Shown: positions 23,030 to 35,775, numbered from the stretch's first letter. The stretch is DNA of 64,000 nt from Arsenophonus sp. (GCA_046530735.1 JBHEQV010000009.1:10399-74398), one strand, 5' to 3'. Numbers and translations are program-made. Notes: a model not told the origin generated them from the letters alone.

Positions 23030-23689
23030 TTAAAGTAATCCGGGAAAAATAGATTTAGTTCCTGTAATAATAAACTCAATCCCAATTGACATTAATAATA
23101 ATCCCATAATACGAGTAATAACATTAATACCCGTATGTCCTAAATACTTAATTAGAATTGTTGCTGATCGAAAAAGTAACCAACAAGATAAAGTAAAAAA
23201 AATACAAGTTAATGATAGACCAACTAAATTTTGCCATCCAAACCAACGAGAAGACCAGACAATACATGAACTAATTGCGCCAGGCCCAGCCATTAATGGT
23301 AGTGCTAAAGGAACAACTCCAATGCTATCACAAATTGCAGTTTCTATTTTTTTTTGTTTATTTTGTTTATCTTCACCTATTCGACCAGTAATCATAGACA
23401 TAGCAATAGCCGCAATAACTATTCCACCGGCAATACGAAAAGAATCAATAGAAATACCAAATAATTTTAAAAAAACTTCACCTACTAATAACGAAATACA
23501 TAAAATAATTGCTACAGAAAAATTAGCCACTAAATTAGTACGATTTCTTTCTGCTACAGATTGATAATTAGTCATACTAATAAATACAGGTAAAATTCCT
23601 ATTGGATTTACTAATGCAAAAAGACCTAAAAAAAATTTAATATAATTAGGAAAATCCAGTAAAATACCAACCACAATTGAGTCCCTCAA
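23030..23689 (-). CDS. ychE: MarC-family (YchE/NAAT) inner membrane protein
   Basis: LFALVNPIG, ISIDSFRIAGG, VVPLALPLMAGPGAIS and RIMGLLL motifs. Confidence 0.88.
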   Translation of the reverse strand: MRDSIVVGILLDFPNYIKFFLGLFALVNPIGILPVFISMTNYQSVAERNRTNLVANFSVAIILCISLLVGEVFLKLFGISIDSFRIAGGIVIAAIAMSMITGRIGEDKQNKQKKIETAICDSIGVVPLALPLMAGPGAISSCIVWSSRWFGWQNLVGLSLTCIFFTLSCWLLFRSATILIKYLGHTGINVITRIMGLLLMSIGIEFIITGTKSIFPGLL

Positions 23690-23867
23690 TCAAATATTAA
23701 CCTTAGCTAAAAATTAATTATTAATAATTAAATAATATTTAACTTTATTTAGGAAAACACTTTATACTAGCATAGTATACTTATCTAGCTAAAATTTAAA
23801 AACTAATTCCAATAACAAAATCAGTTTCTAACTTAGATGCCATACTAAATTTTGTTAACTAATTCTG

Positions 23868-24350
23868 AATTATGCTAGCTTTTTTGGTATATAGAATTTC
23901 GGAGATGGGTACATATCTTGTTGATTGATTTTATGAATGATCTTAACAACAGAGAATGATATGCAATTAAAAATTTCACTCTAGAGGTATCTGTAGAAAA
24001 CTAGATATTACTTGTAATTCCTTGTAAGAACTCATCCGTAATACTGGTAAGTAGTTGATAGCACCGCTGTTGAGGGAGAGCTCAAATCTATGCTGCTCAA
24101 TATGCTTAACGCCACATTATCAACTGGCATCAGCATATCATTGTGCATAACGGTTATTTTCTCAGCAAGCCAAATAAGATGACGGGTATTAACGATCTTA
24201 GATTTAAAGTGCCTAAGGTGTTAAAAATCAGAGCAGCAACAGGATATGTTTCAACAGCTCGTTGCTGACTTACCTAAAGCGTGCAGAAGCAGCGAAGAAC
24301 TCCTATTATAGTTTATGCCTGCTATAGCATCTCCTCTTGTTATTTTCAGA
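23868..24350 (+). mobile_element. IS256-family relic, left part
   Basis: Degenerate left end gaattatgctagcttttttggtatatag. Aligns with the 5' third of the other copies. Confidence 0.75.
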
Positions 24351-24351
24351 A

Positions 24352-24630
24352 GAGTTATTATAGTAAATCTGGTGCGTAACGATCAGGCTCTCCGCTTCAT
24401 TGTCATGCTTCAGAGAATCTGTTCTCCATCTTTAAATTAGACGTTGTTTATTAACAATAATAAGTAGATGAAAATCCCCTTAGCCAGTTTTATTTTTTCA
24501 TTGCTGCAAGATACCTTTTAAAACCTTGCTAATAAAATATCAAGGGCTTTATCAGCAGTATCGTGACTTTTTGGTAGAAAAATCTCCCGCATATTACTCT
24601 ATTAACTTTTAGTTCTATACCTTTGCAGAG
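24352..24630 (-). mobile_element. IS256-family relic, right-end fragment
   Basis: Right terminal repeat gagttattatagtaaatctggtg, then ctgttctccatctttaaatt shared with other copies. Confidence 0.75.
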
Positions 24631-25514
24631 TGAAGGTAGTGAATTATCTATTTTTTTGAATGTGATATAGTATCGTATGATCGACACAGTTACACTGTGT
24701 AAGGGATATTTATGACTAAATATTATTTTATTTTATATTCTGTTATATGTTAATTTTTCAGAATTTTATCTAGATAGATCGAAATAAATCTCCTAGACAA
24801 CGGAAATTGGATAAATTATCAGGAAGAGACAACATGCAACTTCACCTATTATACTTTTCCTGATTATCCGAAGCGCTTTATGATCTCTCTGCCAAAATTG
24901 ATGATGACAGACTAACTAAATTTTTTATGACAACACCATAAAAGGCCATACAACGCAATTCCTCCGATTCAGTGCATAATTTTTTAGACACGTACAGAGT
25001 ATTCCTGCTTTAGTCACTATTATCTAGGATTTTGAGAAAACATCCTAGAAAATAACTCTGAATATAATTGCATTGATAGGAAGGATAACTAAAAGTATGC
25101 TTATTGATGAATTTATTACTTTTATAGGGAAGTAGGGATAATCCCTTCTACTTCGTAATCCTGGAACAAACACAAAAATGGCTGAGCTGATAAATTTGAT
25201 GAATACGGGCAAAATGATAATTTCTATTTCTCTGGAAATATACTCAGAGATAATCTACTAAGATGTATATTCCCCCTAATTAAACAATTTTTCACCATTG
25301 ATGACGACTGGAATAACTTTCCTGAAACACGATGAAAATATTAACTTATGGATCAGTCTATCCTGTCGAGCATATGCCTACCTGTATGGCATTTTGTGCC
25401 ATGTTGGTTGTCTGGCGCTACTGCTGCCTCTCCTGAATGGTTATTACCGCTGTTTTTCTGCCAAAGTTGTAGAGCTTTATAAAAGCTGCAGTTTATATTG
25501 AGTCAAAGCTATTG

Positions 25515-25730
25515 AGAGCTAGTTAATACAGCAGGTTCATATTTTATCCGATTACAACTATTAATACATTACTTTTATTATTCCTCATCTTAATTTGGTC
25601 TGTTTTTAACAATAACTAGACGCTATTCAATACTCTGTCTTCGCGCCCTCACTCGCACTATCCTGAAGTTGGTGGGTTTCCCTCACCGAAAAACAGAGTA
25701 TTAAAATGCTATCTGTGCCTTAACTTATAG
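25515..25730 (-). mobile_element. Possible very degraded IS256 right-end fragment
   Basis: ttcctcatcttaatttggtctgtttttaacaataa resembles 24415-24465. Similarity is weak. Confidence 0.35.
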
Positions 25731-25744
25731 TTTACAACTCAATT

Positions 25745-26340
25745 AACATCTGAATGTTCATATCTCCATCATTCTTGGCAGTCTATAGATTAAATTCCTG
25801 CATGATTAATCAGGTGTTCTTAAAAAGAACGGTGAATGTGGGAATCCTCTACCGAGATGCTATCATCCGACTGTTGTGCAATAACTATAACCTGATAAAT
25901 CTCAATGTCTTTCTTTATCTTGGCATATATCTGATCAAGGAATCTAGTTATAGCGTTATCTGAAGCCACAGTACGGGAACGTTACTGGAAAATGCGTTTT
26001 GTTTAAAAAGACAAAAAGTGGCATAGTGTGAAATACCTTGGTGCCACTACTTTAAGTAACAACTAGTATCTGCGCAAAAACTGAGGCATTACTGAATGAG
26101 AGAAGTGTTGTACACCATTACTATGACTACTAGACTTTAAAGCAATATCTGCAGTAGATCCTAAATTAGGAAGAGATGATTAGACGCTATATATTAGCTA
26201 TATTTCAGCAAGTCATCTTAAGATGGTTCATTATTATAGTTTCTTATTGAAACGTTAATGAGGCACATTATTATTGAAGATGTAATAAGGCGCTAAAGAA
26301 GAGGCAGTTCGCAAAAAAACAGGAAAGGAGAGATTTACTT
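25745..26340 (+). pseudogene. Possible 3' relic of aldehyde-alcohol dehydrogenase AdhE
   Basis: Scattered fragments (LGS, AKTEALL, DFKA..VD..KL, RYILAIFQQVIL) resemble the AdhE C-terminus. adhE is the divergent neighbour of ychE in E. coli. Spacing between fragments is not clean. Confidence 0.35.
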
Positions 26341-26384
26341 TTCTGATGAATAGGGATTCCTGTACACAGTTTTTTATAGAATGA

Positions 26385-26412
26385 ACCCTGTCCTGACGAC
26401 AGGGTACTTTTT
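26385..26412 (+). terminator. Rho-independent terminator
   Basis: accctgtc-ctgac-gacagggt followed by acttttt. Confidence 0.7.
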
Positions 26413-26659
26413 ATCAACGCTCAAATTAACAATCTGAGGTAACATAACTGTTGTTAGAAACAACACATAAAATAAAAAAGAGGTTATTAACCTAAACTTA
26501 GAGTTAATGTCTCTAAAATTAATATATTAGGTTAAAGAATACATACTCCGATAAAATTTTAACTTACAATAAACCCATTAAACCAATTTAATTTGCTTTT
26601 AGTAATAAAAGCAGAGCTTTTTATCCTGCTCTTAAAGAGCAATTTAATTTTCTAACAAT

Positions 26660-26974
26660 TCAAGAAGAATGATTGGAATTCTACTACTTCCCGTCAATGC
26701 ACCAGTGTCAATAATAGTGAAAAAGTTAATTGAATCGGCTTTTGTGATAACGAAGATTCGAAGCCGATGCCTGAAGCACTGTAGTTCAAGAAAAAAAAAG
26801 GATTTCAATTGTATTTAAGCTGTTTCAGTTTGTTCAGAAAAGTAAAATCAGTTAACTGCATTCAACCTGTTTACCATGAGGTAAACAACCTCTAATTTAA
26901 AGATGTAGAACAGATTTACGAAGTATGAAAGTGGAATGTAGGTAACAGAAATATACCAGATTTACTAATAACTC
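26660..26974 (+). mobile_element. IS256-family relic, right-end fragment
   Basis: tactacttcccgtcaatgcac (YxFP..H), gtatttaagctg (FKL) and right end ataccagatttactaataactc. Confidence 0.8.
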
Positions 26975-27189
26975 TTTTATATAGTTTTTAACTATAGTGA
27001 TTTATAAAAATAAAAAGTTATATGACAATTGTTTTTAAAATAAAAAATACTAGTTTTTATATAAATGTAAAGTTGAGTGTTTTTTTTATATCTGCACAAC
27101 AAAGGGCTTGAAAAATAATTAAAAAACATTATTTATATATTACTAATTTAATGTTAGTCGTTATTAATTAATAAAGGAAAGCAATTTTT

Positions 27190-28074
27190 ATGATGCGAAT
27201 AGCCTTGTTTTTACTTACAAACTTGGCAGTAATGTTTGTATTTGGAATTATTTTGAGCTTGACTGGTATCCAAGAACAAAGCGTTCCAGGGTTAATGATT
27301 ATGGCTGGTCTTTTTGGTTTTGGTGGTTCATTTATCTCATTACTAATATCAAAATGGATGGCATTGCGTTCTGTTGATGGACAGGTAATTGAAAACCCGA
27401 CAACAGAAACGGAACATTGGTTATTAAATACTGTTAAGCGTCAGTCTGATCAAGCTGGCATTAAAATGCCAGAAGTTGCTATTTATCATGCACTCGATAT
27501 TAACGCTTTTGCTACCGGAGCTCGTCGTAATGCGTCACTGGTTGCTGTTAGTACAGGTTTATTAGAAAGCATGGATCGTGATGAAGCTGAAGCAGTTATT
27601 GCTCATGAGATTAGTCATATTACTAATGGTGACATGGTAACAATGACCTTATTGCAAGGAGTATTAAATACTTTTGTTATTTTTATTTCACGTACTATTG
27701 CTCAGTTAGCGTCTGGACTTTTATCAAATAGCAATAATGAGAATGAAAATAGCCAGGGTAATCCAATGATTTACTTTGCAGTATCAATGGTATTAGAAAT
27801 CGTATTTGCTATTTTAGCGAGTATTATTACTATGTGGTTTTCACGTTATCGTGAATTCCACGCAGATGCAGGTTCGGCTGGTTTAGTGGGTAGAGAGAAA
27901 ATGATTGCTGCCCTACAGCGTCTGAAAACAAGTTATGAACCACAGGAAGCTAGTAGTATAATGGCTTTTTGCATTAATGGTCGTTCTAAATCTTTTAGTG
28001 AGTTGTTTTTATCTCATCCACCTCTTGATAAACGCATTGAGGCCTTACGTAGAGGTACTTATCTTAATCGATAA
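27190..28074 (+). CDS. htpX: Membrane zinc protease HtpX
   Basis: [37 protein letters not shown] and SHPPL motifs. Confidence 0.96.
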   Translation: MMRIALFLLTNLAVMFVFGIILSLTGIQEQSVPGLMIMAGLFGFGGSFISLLISKWMALRSVDGQVIENPTTETEHWLLNTVKRQSDQAGIKMPEVAIYHALDINAFATGARRNASLVAVSTGLLESMDRDEAEAVIAHEISHITNGDMVTMTLLQGVLNTFVIFISRTIAQLASGLLSNSNNENENSQGNPMIYFAVSMVLEIVFAILASIITMWFSRYREFHADAGSAGLVGREKMIAALQRLKTSYEPQEASSIMAFCINGRSKSFSELFLSHPPLDKRIEALRRGTYLNR

Positions 28075-28087
28075 AACAATAACAAAT

Positions 28088-28113
28088 AATCCCACCTAAT
28101 AGTGGGATTTCTA
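28088..28113 (+). terminator. Probable htpX terminator
   Basis: aatcccac-ctaata-gtgggatt hairpin 13 nt after the stop codon. Confidence 0.6.
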
Positions 28114-28699
28114 TTTAATTTCAATAGAAAATTTTGTTTTATTCGATTATTAGTTAATAACTTCTATTTGCTTAGGATTTTGCATAGTAAAAAATTATTT
28201 TTATATTGAGTAAAACTTTTTCCGTATCAGCTTGATTTAGTGACTTTAATCTAAAGGTTATTAAAATTTTAAAAACAATTAATTTCAGTAGCGTAATGAT
28301 TTCCGTATCAAGTGTATCTAAAAATTACTTGTTATTTTTAATATTAAAAATTAAAAAATAAAACAATAATTACTTTAATATATTTTACACAGTAATGAAA
28401 TTTTATATACGTTTTATACGATTTTTTTTAATTTAAATAATGCATTTAATACAAAATTAATTATTTGATTTTAATATTTATAATATCTCTTTATCACTAA
28501 TTGCAGCGGCCATTTAAATGCTGGAATGGTAATAGAAACAGGATTGCTGATCAAAACAGCGGTTATTTCTATTTAGGTAAAAATTATTTAATTTTTTCAT
28601 GTAAAGATATTAATAATTATTTTATTACTTTTGTCTTTTATTTTAAAAAATTGGAATAAAAACTTTTAGTGAGATGTATATAATACAGTTATTTTTATG

Positions 28700-29381
28700 C
28701 CTGCTTGATAGACATAGCTCAATAAGAATTAACTTTTATTTCCATGGAATATAATATGTTTTTGAAGAATTCAGGTTTAACTTTGAGACAATCTTTTATA
28801 GACTGCAATGGGATTTTTACTACCAAATACTGATTTAGGTAATTTTGATTCTACAGCTAAATATATCGATGTTTTGAGTAATCTAAAGTTTTTGACCAGA
28901 ATTAAAAAACAGTTACACCAATCTAAAGGCTGTTTTAAATTAATGTTTATTTATTTTTCTAACTTCCGTAAGTTTAAGCTATTCAACATACATAATAGAT
29001 AACTAAATTATTTTCCTTGTCCTCTAGTTTCACCAGAGGATTTCTAATAAGATTGTTAAATGTTTTCCTGCAATCGCGAATTTTGCAATGATCTTACTGT
29101 AACCCTAATAAATCTCCCTCAGGCGGTTACATGCTTACTGTAACAATATAAGCAGAATAAAGTAAAATGAGTTGCTTCAATATATAAATCGATATTATCC
29201 GATAGATTATTACAAAACTGATCTAATAATATCAGCTTTATGTTGGAAAGGAGTGAAGAAAAAATCTTTTTTGAGATATATGCCTGTTTTCTTTTTCATG
29301 ATAACCTCACACTATAGAAAAAATTTTTTTATACTGCATGAAGGATTTTTCTACCAACTATCTTTGTCAAGCAAAGTAGCC
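28700..29381 (-). mobile_element. IS1595-family relic (left end and N-terminal half)
   Basis: Left end (rc) ggctactttgcttgacaaag. Aligns with 59600-60178 and 52524-52950. Confidence 0.78.
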
Positions 29382-29529
29382 AAATTTCTTGGTGTATATT
29401 TCTAATAATATCAACAAGTAAAACAATTAATTATTTTTACATAAAAATAATTTAATTACTTTTAAAGTTTTGCAATAAAAGAGCAAAATATTATCTGCTC
29501 TTATTTTAATTGTTTTAGCAATTAAGCTT

Positions 29530-32244
29530 TTAATTCAAGTTACCATGACAATGCTTATATTTTTTGCCTGAACCACATGGACAAAGTTCATTACGACCTA
29601 TTTTATAGACTTGGCCTGATATTTGAGGTTCTGTTTTTGAGATCAATGCTTCATTTTTAATTTCATGGCTAAGGTGCTGTTTCTTCATAATAAACTCTGA
29701 CTCTTCACGTTTTTGCTGATTAAGAAAATCTACTTTTTCTGGTAATCTAACTTCTAGTTTGCTTAATGTACTAATTACTTCATATTTTAGAGTTTCTAGC
29801 ATATTCGCAAACATACTAAAAGATTCACGCTTATATTCCTGTTTTGGATCTCTTTGTGCATAGCCTCGTAAATGAATTCCCTGACGCAAATAATCCATTG
29901 CAGCCAAATGCTCTTTCCATAAAATATCAAGAGTTTGTAGCATGATGCTTTTCTCAAAATTACGCATCATCTTATCACTACCTACAATTCTTTCTTTTTC
30001 CTTATAAGCTGCAATTATTTTTTCTAGGATACGTTCACGCAAGGTTTCTTCATGTAATCCTGGTTCTTTATCCAACCACTTTTGAACAGGTAACTTTAAA
30101 TTAAAATCCTTACTTAACCGCTTCTCTAAAGCATCAATATCCCACATTTCCTCCAAAGACTGGGGAGGGATATAAGTATCAATAGTTACGGTTATTACAT
30201 CTTCACGAATACTGTTAATTGTTTCACTAATATTATCACCATCTAATAAATCATTGCGCTGTAAATATATGGCTCGGCGCTGATCATTAGCAACATCATC
30301 ATATTCTAAAAGTTGTTTTCGAATATCAAAGTTACGGCTTTCAATCTTACGTTGTGCATTAACGATTGCTTTCGTTACCCAAGGATGCTCAATCGCTTCA
30401 CCAGGTTTCATCCCCAATTTACGCATCATTCCAGTCATTCGATCGGAGGCAAAAATACGCATCAAAGAATCCTCCATTGAAAGATAAAAACGGGATGAAC
30501 CTGGATCCCCTTGGCGTCCAGAACGCCCACGTAATTGGTTATCAATACGACGAGATTCATGGCGTTCTGTACCAATTATATGCAAACCAGCAGCAGTAAT
30601 TACCGCCTCATGACGATCTTGCCAAGCTCTCTTGATTTGATCAATTTGCTCCTGACTAGCGTTCTCTAGTTTATTAATTTCTGCTTGCCAGCTCCCTCCT
30701 AATACAATATCTGTACCTCGTCCGGCCATATTAGTTGCAATAGTTACCGAACCTGCCTGCCCGGCTTCAGCAATGATATCTGCTTCCATCGCATGAAACT
30801 TAGCATTTAAAACATTATGCGCAATTTTAGCTTTAGTTAGCTCTTGAGAAATTAGCTCTGATTTTTCGATTGAAATAGTACCTACTAATACAGGTTGACC
30901 TCTGTTAGTACATTTACGAATATCATCGATAATGGCAGCAAATTTGTCTGATTCAGTCATATAAACTAAATCAGGTAAATCATTACGGATCATCGGACGA
31001 TTAGTTGGAATAGAAATTGTATTCAATTTATAAATTGATCTAAATTCAAAAGCTTCTGTATCAGCAGTACCAGTCATACCTGCAAGTTTTTCGTATAGTC
31101 GAAAATAATTTTGGAAGGTAATCGATGCTAATGTTTGATTCTCATTTTGAATTTCAACACCTTCTTTTGCCTCAACAGCTTGATGCAATCCATCTGACCA
31201 ACGACGTCCTTTCATTGTACGTCCGGTATGTTCATCAACAATAATAATCTGACCATCTTTGATAAGATAATCTACATTACGACTAAAAAGTGCATGAGCA
31301 CGTAGGGCAGCCATAACATGATGCATAAGCATAATATTAGCTGGAGAATATAGAGATTCGCCCTCTTTCATTAAATTCGCTTTTGCTAATAATTGCTCAA
31401 TTAATTCTAATCCACGTTCTGTCAACGTAACTTGACGTGATTTTTCATCAACAGAAAAATGACCTTCACCTTGAAAAATATCTGAATCTTCTCTTTCTTG
31501 TTGCCTAAGATTAGAGATTAGTTTATCCATTTTTTTATATATATCTGAACTATCTTCTGCCGGTCCTGAAATAATCAATGGAGTACGAGCTTCATCAATT
31601 AAAATAGAATCAACCTCATCGACTAATGCATAATGAAGTTTACGTTGCACACGCTCTTCTGGACTGAAAGCCATATTATCACGCAGATAATCAAAACCAT
31701 ATTCATTGTTAGTTCCATAAGTAATATCCGCGGCATAAGCTGCACGTTTCAATGTCACTGGCATACCTGATAAATTAATACCTACCGTCATACCAAGAAA
31801 TTCAAACAGTACTCTATTATTTTCTGCATCACGTTTAGCTAAGTAGTCGTTTACGGTAACAATATGAACACCCTTACCAGTTAAAGCATTTAAATATGCA
31901 GGTAATGTAGATGTTAATGTCTTTCCTTCACCAGTACGCATCTCTGCTATACAGCGTTCATTAAGTACCATTCCACCTATCAACTGAACATTAAAATGCC
32001 GCATATTAAAAACTCGTTTACTAGCTTCACGAACAGTTGCAAACGCCTCAATGATTAAATCATCTAATGTTGCACCGGATTTAAGGCGCTGCCGAAATTC
32101 ATCAGTCTTGGCTTTAAGTTCTTTGTCAGAAAATTTTTCAAATTTAGGCTCTAATTGATTAATAATATCAACAACTTTGCTTAAACGATGTAAAGTATGA
32201 TCATTACTAGTACCAAAAAATTTTTTTAGTAACTTAGTTAACAT
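29530..32244 (-). CDS. secA: Preprotein translocase ATPase SecA
   Basis: [31 protein letters not shown] and [13 protein letters not shown] motifs, C-terminal [13 protein letters not shown]. Confidence 0.98.
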   Translation of the reverse strand: MLTKLLKKFFGTSNDHTLHRLSKVVDIINQLEPKFEKFSDKELKAKTDEFRQRLKSGATLDDLIIEAFATVREASKRVFNMRHFNVQLIGGMVLNERCIAEMRTGEGKTLTSTLPAYLNALTGKGVHIVTVNDYLAKRDAENNRVLFEFLGMTVGINLSGMPVTLKRAAYAADITYGTNNEYGFDYLRDNMAFSPEERVQRKLHYALVDEVDSILIDEARTPLIISGPAEDSSDIYKKMDKLISNLRQQEREDSDIFQGEGHFSVDEKSRQVTLTERGLELIEQLLAKANLMKEGESLYSPANIMLMHHVMAALRAHALFSRNVDYLIKDGQIIIVDEHTGRTMKGRRWSDGLHQAVEAKEGVEIQNENQTLASITFQNYFRLYEKLAGMTGTADTEAFEFRSIYKLNTISIPTNRPMIRNDLPDLVYMTESDKFAAIIDDIRKCTNRGQPVLVGTISIEKSELISQELTKAKIAHNVLNAKFHAMEADIIAEAGQAGSVTIATNMAGRGTDIVLGGSWQAEINKLENASQEQIDQIKRAWQDRHEAVITAAGLHIIGTERHESRRIDNQLRGRSGRQGDPGSSRFYLSMEDSLMRIFASDRMTGMMRKLGMKPGEAIEHPWVTKAIVNAQRKIESRNFDIRKQLLEYDDVANDQRRAIYLQRNDLLDGDNISETINSIREDVITVTIDTYIPPQSLEEMWDIDALEKRLSKDFNLKLPVQKWLDKEPGLHEETLRERILEKIIAAYKEKERIVGSDKMMRNFEKSIMLQTLDILWKEHLAAMDYLRQGIHLRGYAQRDPKQEYKRESFSMFANMLETLKYEVISTLSKLEVRLPEKVDFLNQQKREESEFIMKKQHLSHEIKNEALISKTEPQISGQVYKIGRNELCPCGSGKKYKHCHGNLN

Positions 32245-32369
32245 AAATATTTTTTCTCAATTAAGGCGGTATCTTTATTTAGAACCACTTATATTATTAT
32301 CTGCTTTCAACTAATATAATTAATATATTCAGTTGAATAATAGTTGCTATAAAATTAATAAAAAATCTA

Positions 32370-32745
32370 TGAAATTTCTATATATGGCCAGACTCAAATA
32401 CCTTGAACATAAGCAACCTATAGTGCAGTTTGGTGGGTAATATAGTAAGAAGATCCTGTTAATGAACAGATAAAATTATTCTTGTTATAATAAAAAACAC
32501 TTAAATTAATCATACAATAAAAAGTATGAAATATATTATAAAACGAAATTGGTTTCTTGTTTCTACTTAAATTAGTATGCAACTTTTTATATCTCTCTCT
32601 TTGTCTAAAAAAAATAAAAATCAGCAAACGAGGAATTTTTTATATTACGTAAACTATGCTTATTCCAATCATTTGGGCCACCAAATATAAAATATGAGAT
32701 TTATTGATATCTATCAGATAATCTAACGTTAAATTTTGCCGGTAA
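32370..32745 (-). pseudogene. secM: Secretion monitor SecM relic
   Basis: Directly upstream of secA. One frame reads *VAYVQGI*VWP versus WISQAQGIRAGP. N-terminal HILYLVAQMIGI versus HLLLGMVAASLG. Confidence 0.75.
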
Positions 32746-32927
32746 TGTTATAATTATTACTAATATGTGACATATTTCAGTCACTTTTGACAAAATTATA
32801 GGTATACTATTTTAATCATTACAATAACTAACAATAGGTGGATGCGGCAAAAATTTTGTTTACCAAAATATCGCCAAAGAACCAATACATTTATTGAATA
32901 TCATATATTATATGACTTGGAGTAAAA

Positions 32928-33425
32928 ATGCGCGATAGTTATCCACAATCTTTAAATTTCTTATTAAAAAAAAATAATTTTGATTCAAATACCTTACAAG
33001 CTATTCAACAGCGCACACAGGCATTAATTAAACTTAATAATACTGTTATCAATCTACTTCCTATTGAGTTAAATGCTTGGTGTCGAGTCGCCAATTATCG
33101 TCAACATATTCTTATTCTAGAAGTTACAAATGCTAACCGAAAAGTACGACTAAACTATGAGCTTCCTGCACTACTCTCAACATTACGTAACACTATTTTA
33201 CCATCTTTATCTTCAATTAAGATAAAGATTAATCCATCATTATCATCTAAAAATTTTAAAAATTCCTTATCAATTCAGAAAATAGCTATAAAATCATCAA
33301 AACAGATAATAAGCAATCTAAGCAAAGAGAGTGCAAAGACAATTCATAATCTAGCAAAAAGAAGTCCAAAAAAATTAAAGGATAAATTAGAACGTCTAGC
33401 TGCATTAGCTAGAGAGAATATCTAA
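32928..33425 (+). CDS. dciA: DUF721 / DciA replicative helicase operator
   Basis: MRDSYPQSL start, CRVANYRQHILILEVTNA and LRYELP-like segment. Lies between lpxC and secM on the opposite strand, as in Yersinia/Proteus. Confidence 0.82.
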   Translation: MRDSYPQSLNFLLKKNNFDSNTLQAIQQRTQALIKLNNTVINLLPIELNAWCRVANYRQHILILEVTNANRKVRLNYELPALLSTLRNTILPSLSSIKIKINPSLSSKNFKNSLSIQKIAIKSSKQIISNLSKESAKTIHNLAKRSPKKLKDKLERLAALARENI

Positions 33426-33536
33426 GATTCTATAAATAAAGATCAGTGTTGAGTGAAAAGCATTAACAAAATATTGTAATAGAGAGAATAATCCACTAAT
33501 CTAACATAAAGAGTATCTTGCTTAAGATAAGATATC

Positions 33537-34457
33537 TCAGATTATTATTGTTAAAGGTGTTTTAAATGCAACTGGCATTTCAGATTCATCTTCGAAAGTG
33601 ACCATATCCCAAGCAGATTCTGTCGCTAAAACAGCCTGTAATAATTTGTTATTTAATGCATGACCTGCTTTGTACGCGGTAAAAGCACCAATGATATTAT
33701 GACCACACATAAATAAATCACCAATAGCATCTAGCGTTTTATGACGCACAAATTCATCTTCAAATCGCAAGCCATCTTCATTTAATACGCGATAATCATC
33801 AATAACAATCGCACAATCAAAGCTACCGCCCAAGCATAACCCTTTAGATTGCAAGTACTCAATATCACGCATAAAACCAAACGTACGTGCACGGCTAATA
33901 TCTCTAATAAAAGATTTTGCTGAAAAATCTAGTTTATAATGTTGAGTACTGCTATTAATAGCAGGATGATTAAAGTCGATAGTGAAATCTAAGGTAAATC
34001 CATTATAAGGCGCTAGTTCCGCCCATTTATCGCCATCTGTAACTCGGACACTTTTTTTAATACGAAGAAATTTTTTGGCACTATTTAACTCTTCAATGCC
34101 TGCATCTAATAATAAAAATACAAAAGGGGCTGCACTCCCATCCATTATTGGGATTTCTGGTGCATCTATCTCAATTATAATATTGTCAATTCCAAGGCCT
34201 GCCAATGCAGCGTTCAGATGTTCTACAGTTGAAATACGTACATCATCTTCATTGACCAAACAAGTACATAGAATGGTATCACGTACCGATTTTGCTTTAG
34301 CCTGGAAATCAACTGGTGGATTTAAATCTGTACGGTGGTAGATGACACCGGTATTTGCCGGTGCTGGACGCAATGATAAAGTGACTTTTTTGCCAGTATG
34401 CAAACCGACGCCTGTCGCTTGAACAATACATTTTAGTGTCCTTTGTTTGATCATCAT
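33537..34457 (-). CDS. lpxC: UDP-3-O-acyl-GlcNAc deacetylase
   Basis: GVGLHTG, STVEHL, RARTFGF and HKTLD motifs. Confidence 0.98.
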   Translation of the reverse strand: MMIKQRTLKCIVQATGVGLHTGKKVTLSLRPAPANTGVIYHRTDLNPPVDFQAKAKSVRDTILCTCLVNEDDVRISTVEHLNAALAGLGIDNIIIEIDAPEIPIMDGSAAPFVFLLLDAGIEELNSAKKFLRIKKSVRVTDGDKWAELAPYNGFTLDFTIDFNHPAINSSTQHYKLDFSAKSFIRDISRARTFGFMRDIEYLQSKGLCLGGSFDCAIVIDDYRVLNEDGLRFEDEFVRHKTLDAIGDLFMCGHNIIGAFTAYKAGHALNNKLLQAVLATESAWDMVTFEDESEMPVAFKTPLTIII

Positions 34458-34554
34458 TTTTTCTCATATCGTTAACTATCTTGCTCAATCCTCCTCCCTC
34501 CAATAGCAGCAAGATATTTTAGCACAAAAAGCAGAGAAACCCATCAGTTGTTAA

Positions 34555-35721
34555 CTAATCAGCCTGTTTTCTCAAAAAGGCAGGAATATCAAGATAGTCC
34601 GGCTCCTTATTTAATTGCATATTTTGTTTATTTATCACTTTAGCAGCAGATTTTTCCTCTGTTAACGGCGTTATAGTCGGCATTAAGTTTTGCATATGCT
34701 GATAACACTGTTCTAACGATGATTCTTGTGGTGTTTTGTTAGTAATCAACGTGATTTCTGGCCGCTTATTCATACCAATTCCTGTAGCAACTACGGTCAC
34801 TCGCAACTCGTCATTCATTTCAGGATCCAGTGAAGTACCAATAACAACCGTTGAGTTATCTGATGCAAATGCACGAATGGTATTACCCACTGTTTCAAAT
34901 TCATCAAGCCGCAAATCAAAACCTGCAGTAATATTAACTAATACACCACGAGCGCCCGATAAATCGATATCTTCCAATAATGGGCTAGAAATTGCCATTT
35001 CTGCCGCTTCTTCAGCTCGATCTTCACCTTGTGCTACGCCTGATCCCATCATAGCATAACCCATTTCAGACATGACAGTACGAACGTCAGCAAAATCCAC
35101 ATTCATTAAACCAGGACGAGTAATTAGCTCAGCAATACCTTGCACTGCGCCTTTTAGAACATCATTTGCGGCACCGAATGCATCTAGCAAAGAAATACCG
35201 CGCCCAAGTACTTTTAATAATTTATCATTCGGAATGGTAATTAAAGAATCAACATCCTTAGACAGTTCTGAGATCCCTGTTTCAGCAAATGCCATCCGTT
35301 TTTTACCTTCAAAGTTGAAAGGTTTGGTTACAACTGCTACCGTCAGTATACCAAGCTCTTTAGCAACTTCGGCTACAACAGGGGCTGCACCGGTGCCAGT
35401 ACCACCACCCATACCAGCAGCAATAAAGACCATATCTGCCCCATCAACCGCATTGTGCAAAGCTTCACGATCTTCTTCAGCGGCATCACGACCAACTTCA
35501 GGATTTGCTCCTGCTCCCAAACCTTTTGTAATACCATTGCCAATCTGAATAGTTTGTCCTACTGCTGTTTTACGTAATGCCTGGGCATCCGTATTAACAG
35601 CAAAGAATTCAACACCTTCAATGCGTTCACGCACCATGTGTTCAACGGCATTACCACCGCCACCACCAACGCCGATGACTTTAATCACCGCGTTATTGGT
35701 TAATTCCATTGGTTCAAACAT
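34555..35721 (-). CDS. ftsZ: Cell division protein FtsZ
   Basis: GGGTGTG tubulin signature, C-terminal [14 protein letters not shown]. Confidence 0.99.
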   Translation of the reverse strand: MFEPMELTNNAVIKVIGVGGGGGNAVEHMVRERIEGVEFFAVNTDAQALRKTAVGQTIQIGNGITKGLGAGANPEVGRDAAEEDREALHNAVDGADMVFIAAGMGGGTGTGAAPVVAEVAKELGILTVAVVTKPFNFEGKKRMAFAETGISELSKDVDSLITIPNDKLLKVLGRGISLLDAFGAANDVLKGAVQGIAELITRPGLMNVDFADVRTVMSEMGYAMMGSGVAQGEDRAEEAAEMAISSPLLEDIDLSGARGVLVNITAGFDLRLDEFETVGNTIRAFASDNSTVVIGTSLDPEMNDELRVTVVATGIGMNKRPEITLITNKTPQESSLEQCYQHMQNLMPTITPLTEEKSAAKVINKQNMQLNKEPDYLDIPAFLRKQAD

Positions 35722-35775
35722 AATCTCTCTCCGTTTTGTGCCTTATCTTAAGCGTAAGATTTGCTTCTTACAAAA

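Noticed and set aside
28115-28700. Very AT-rich stretch downstream of htpX with one GC-richer patch near 28500-28570
   Set aside because: No assignable homology, repeat or structure could be supported by eye.
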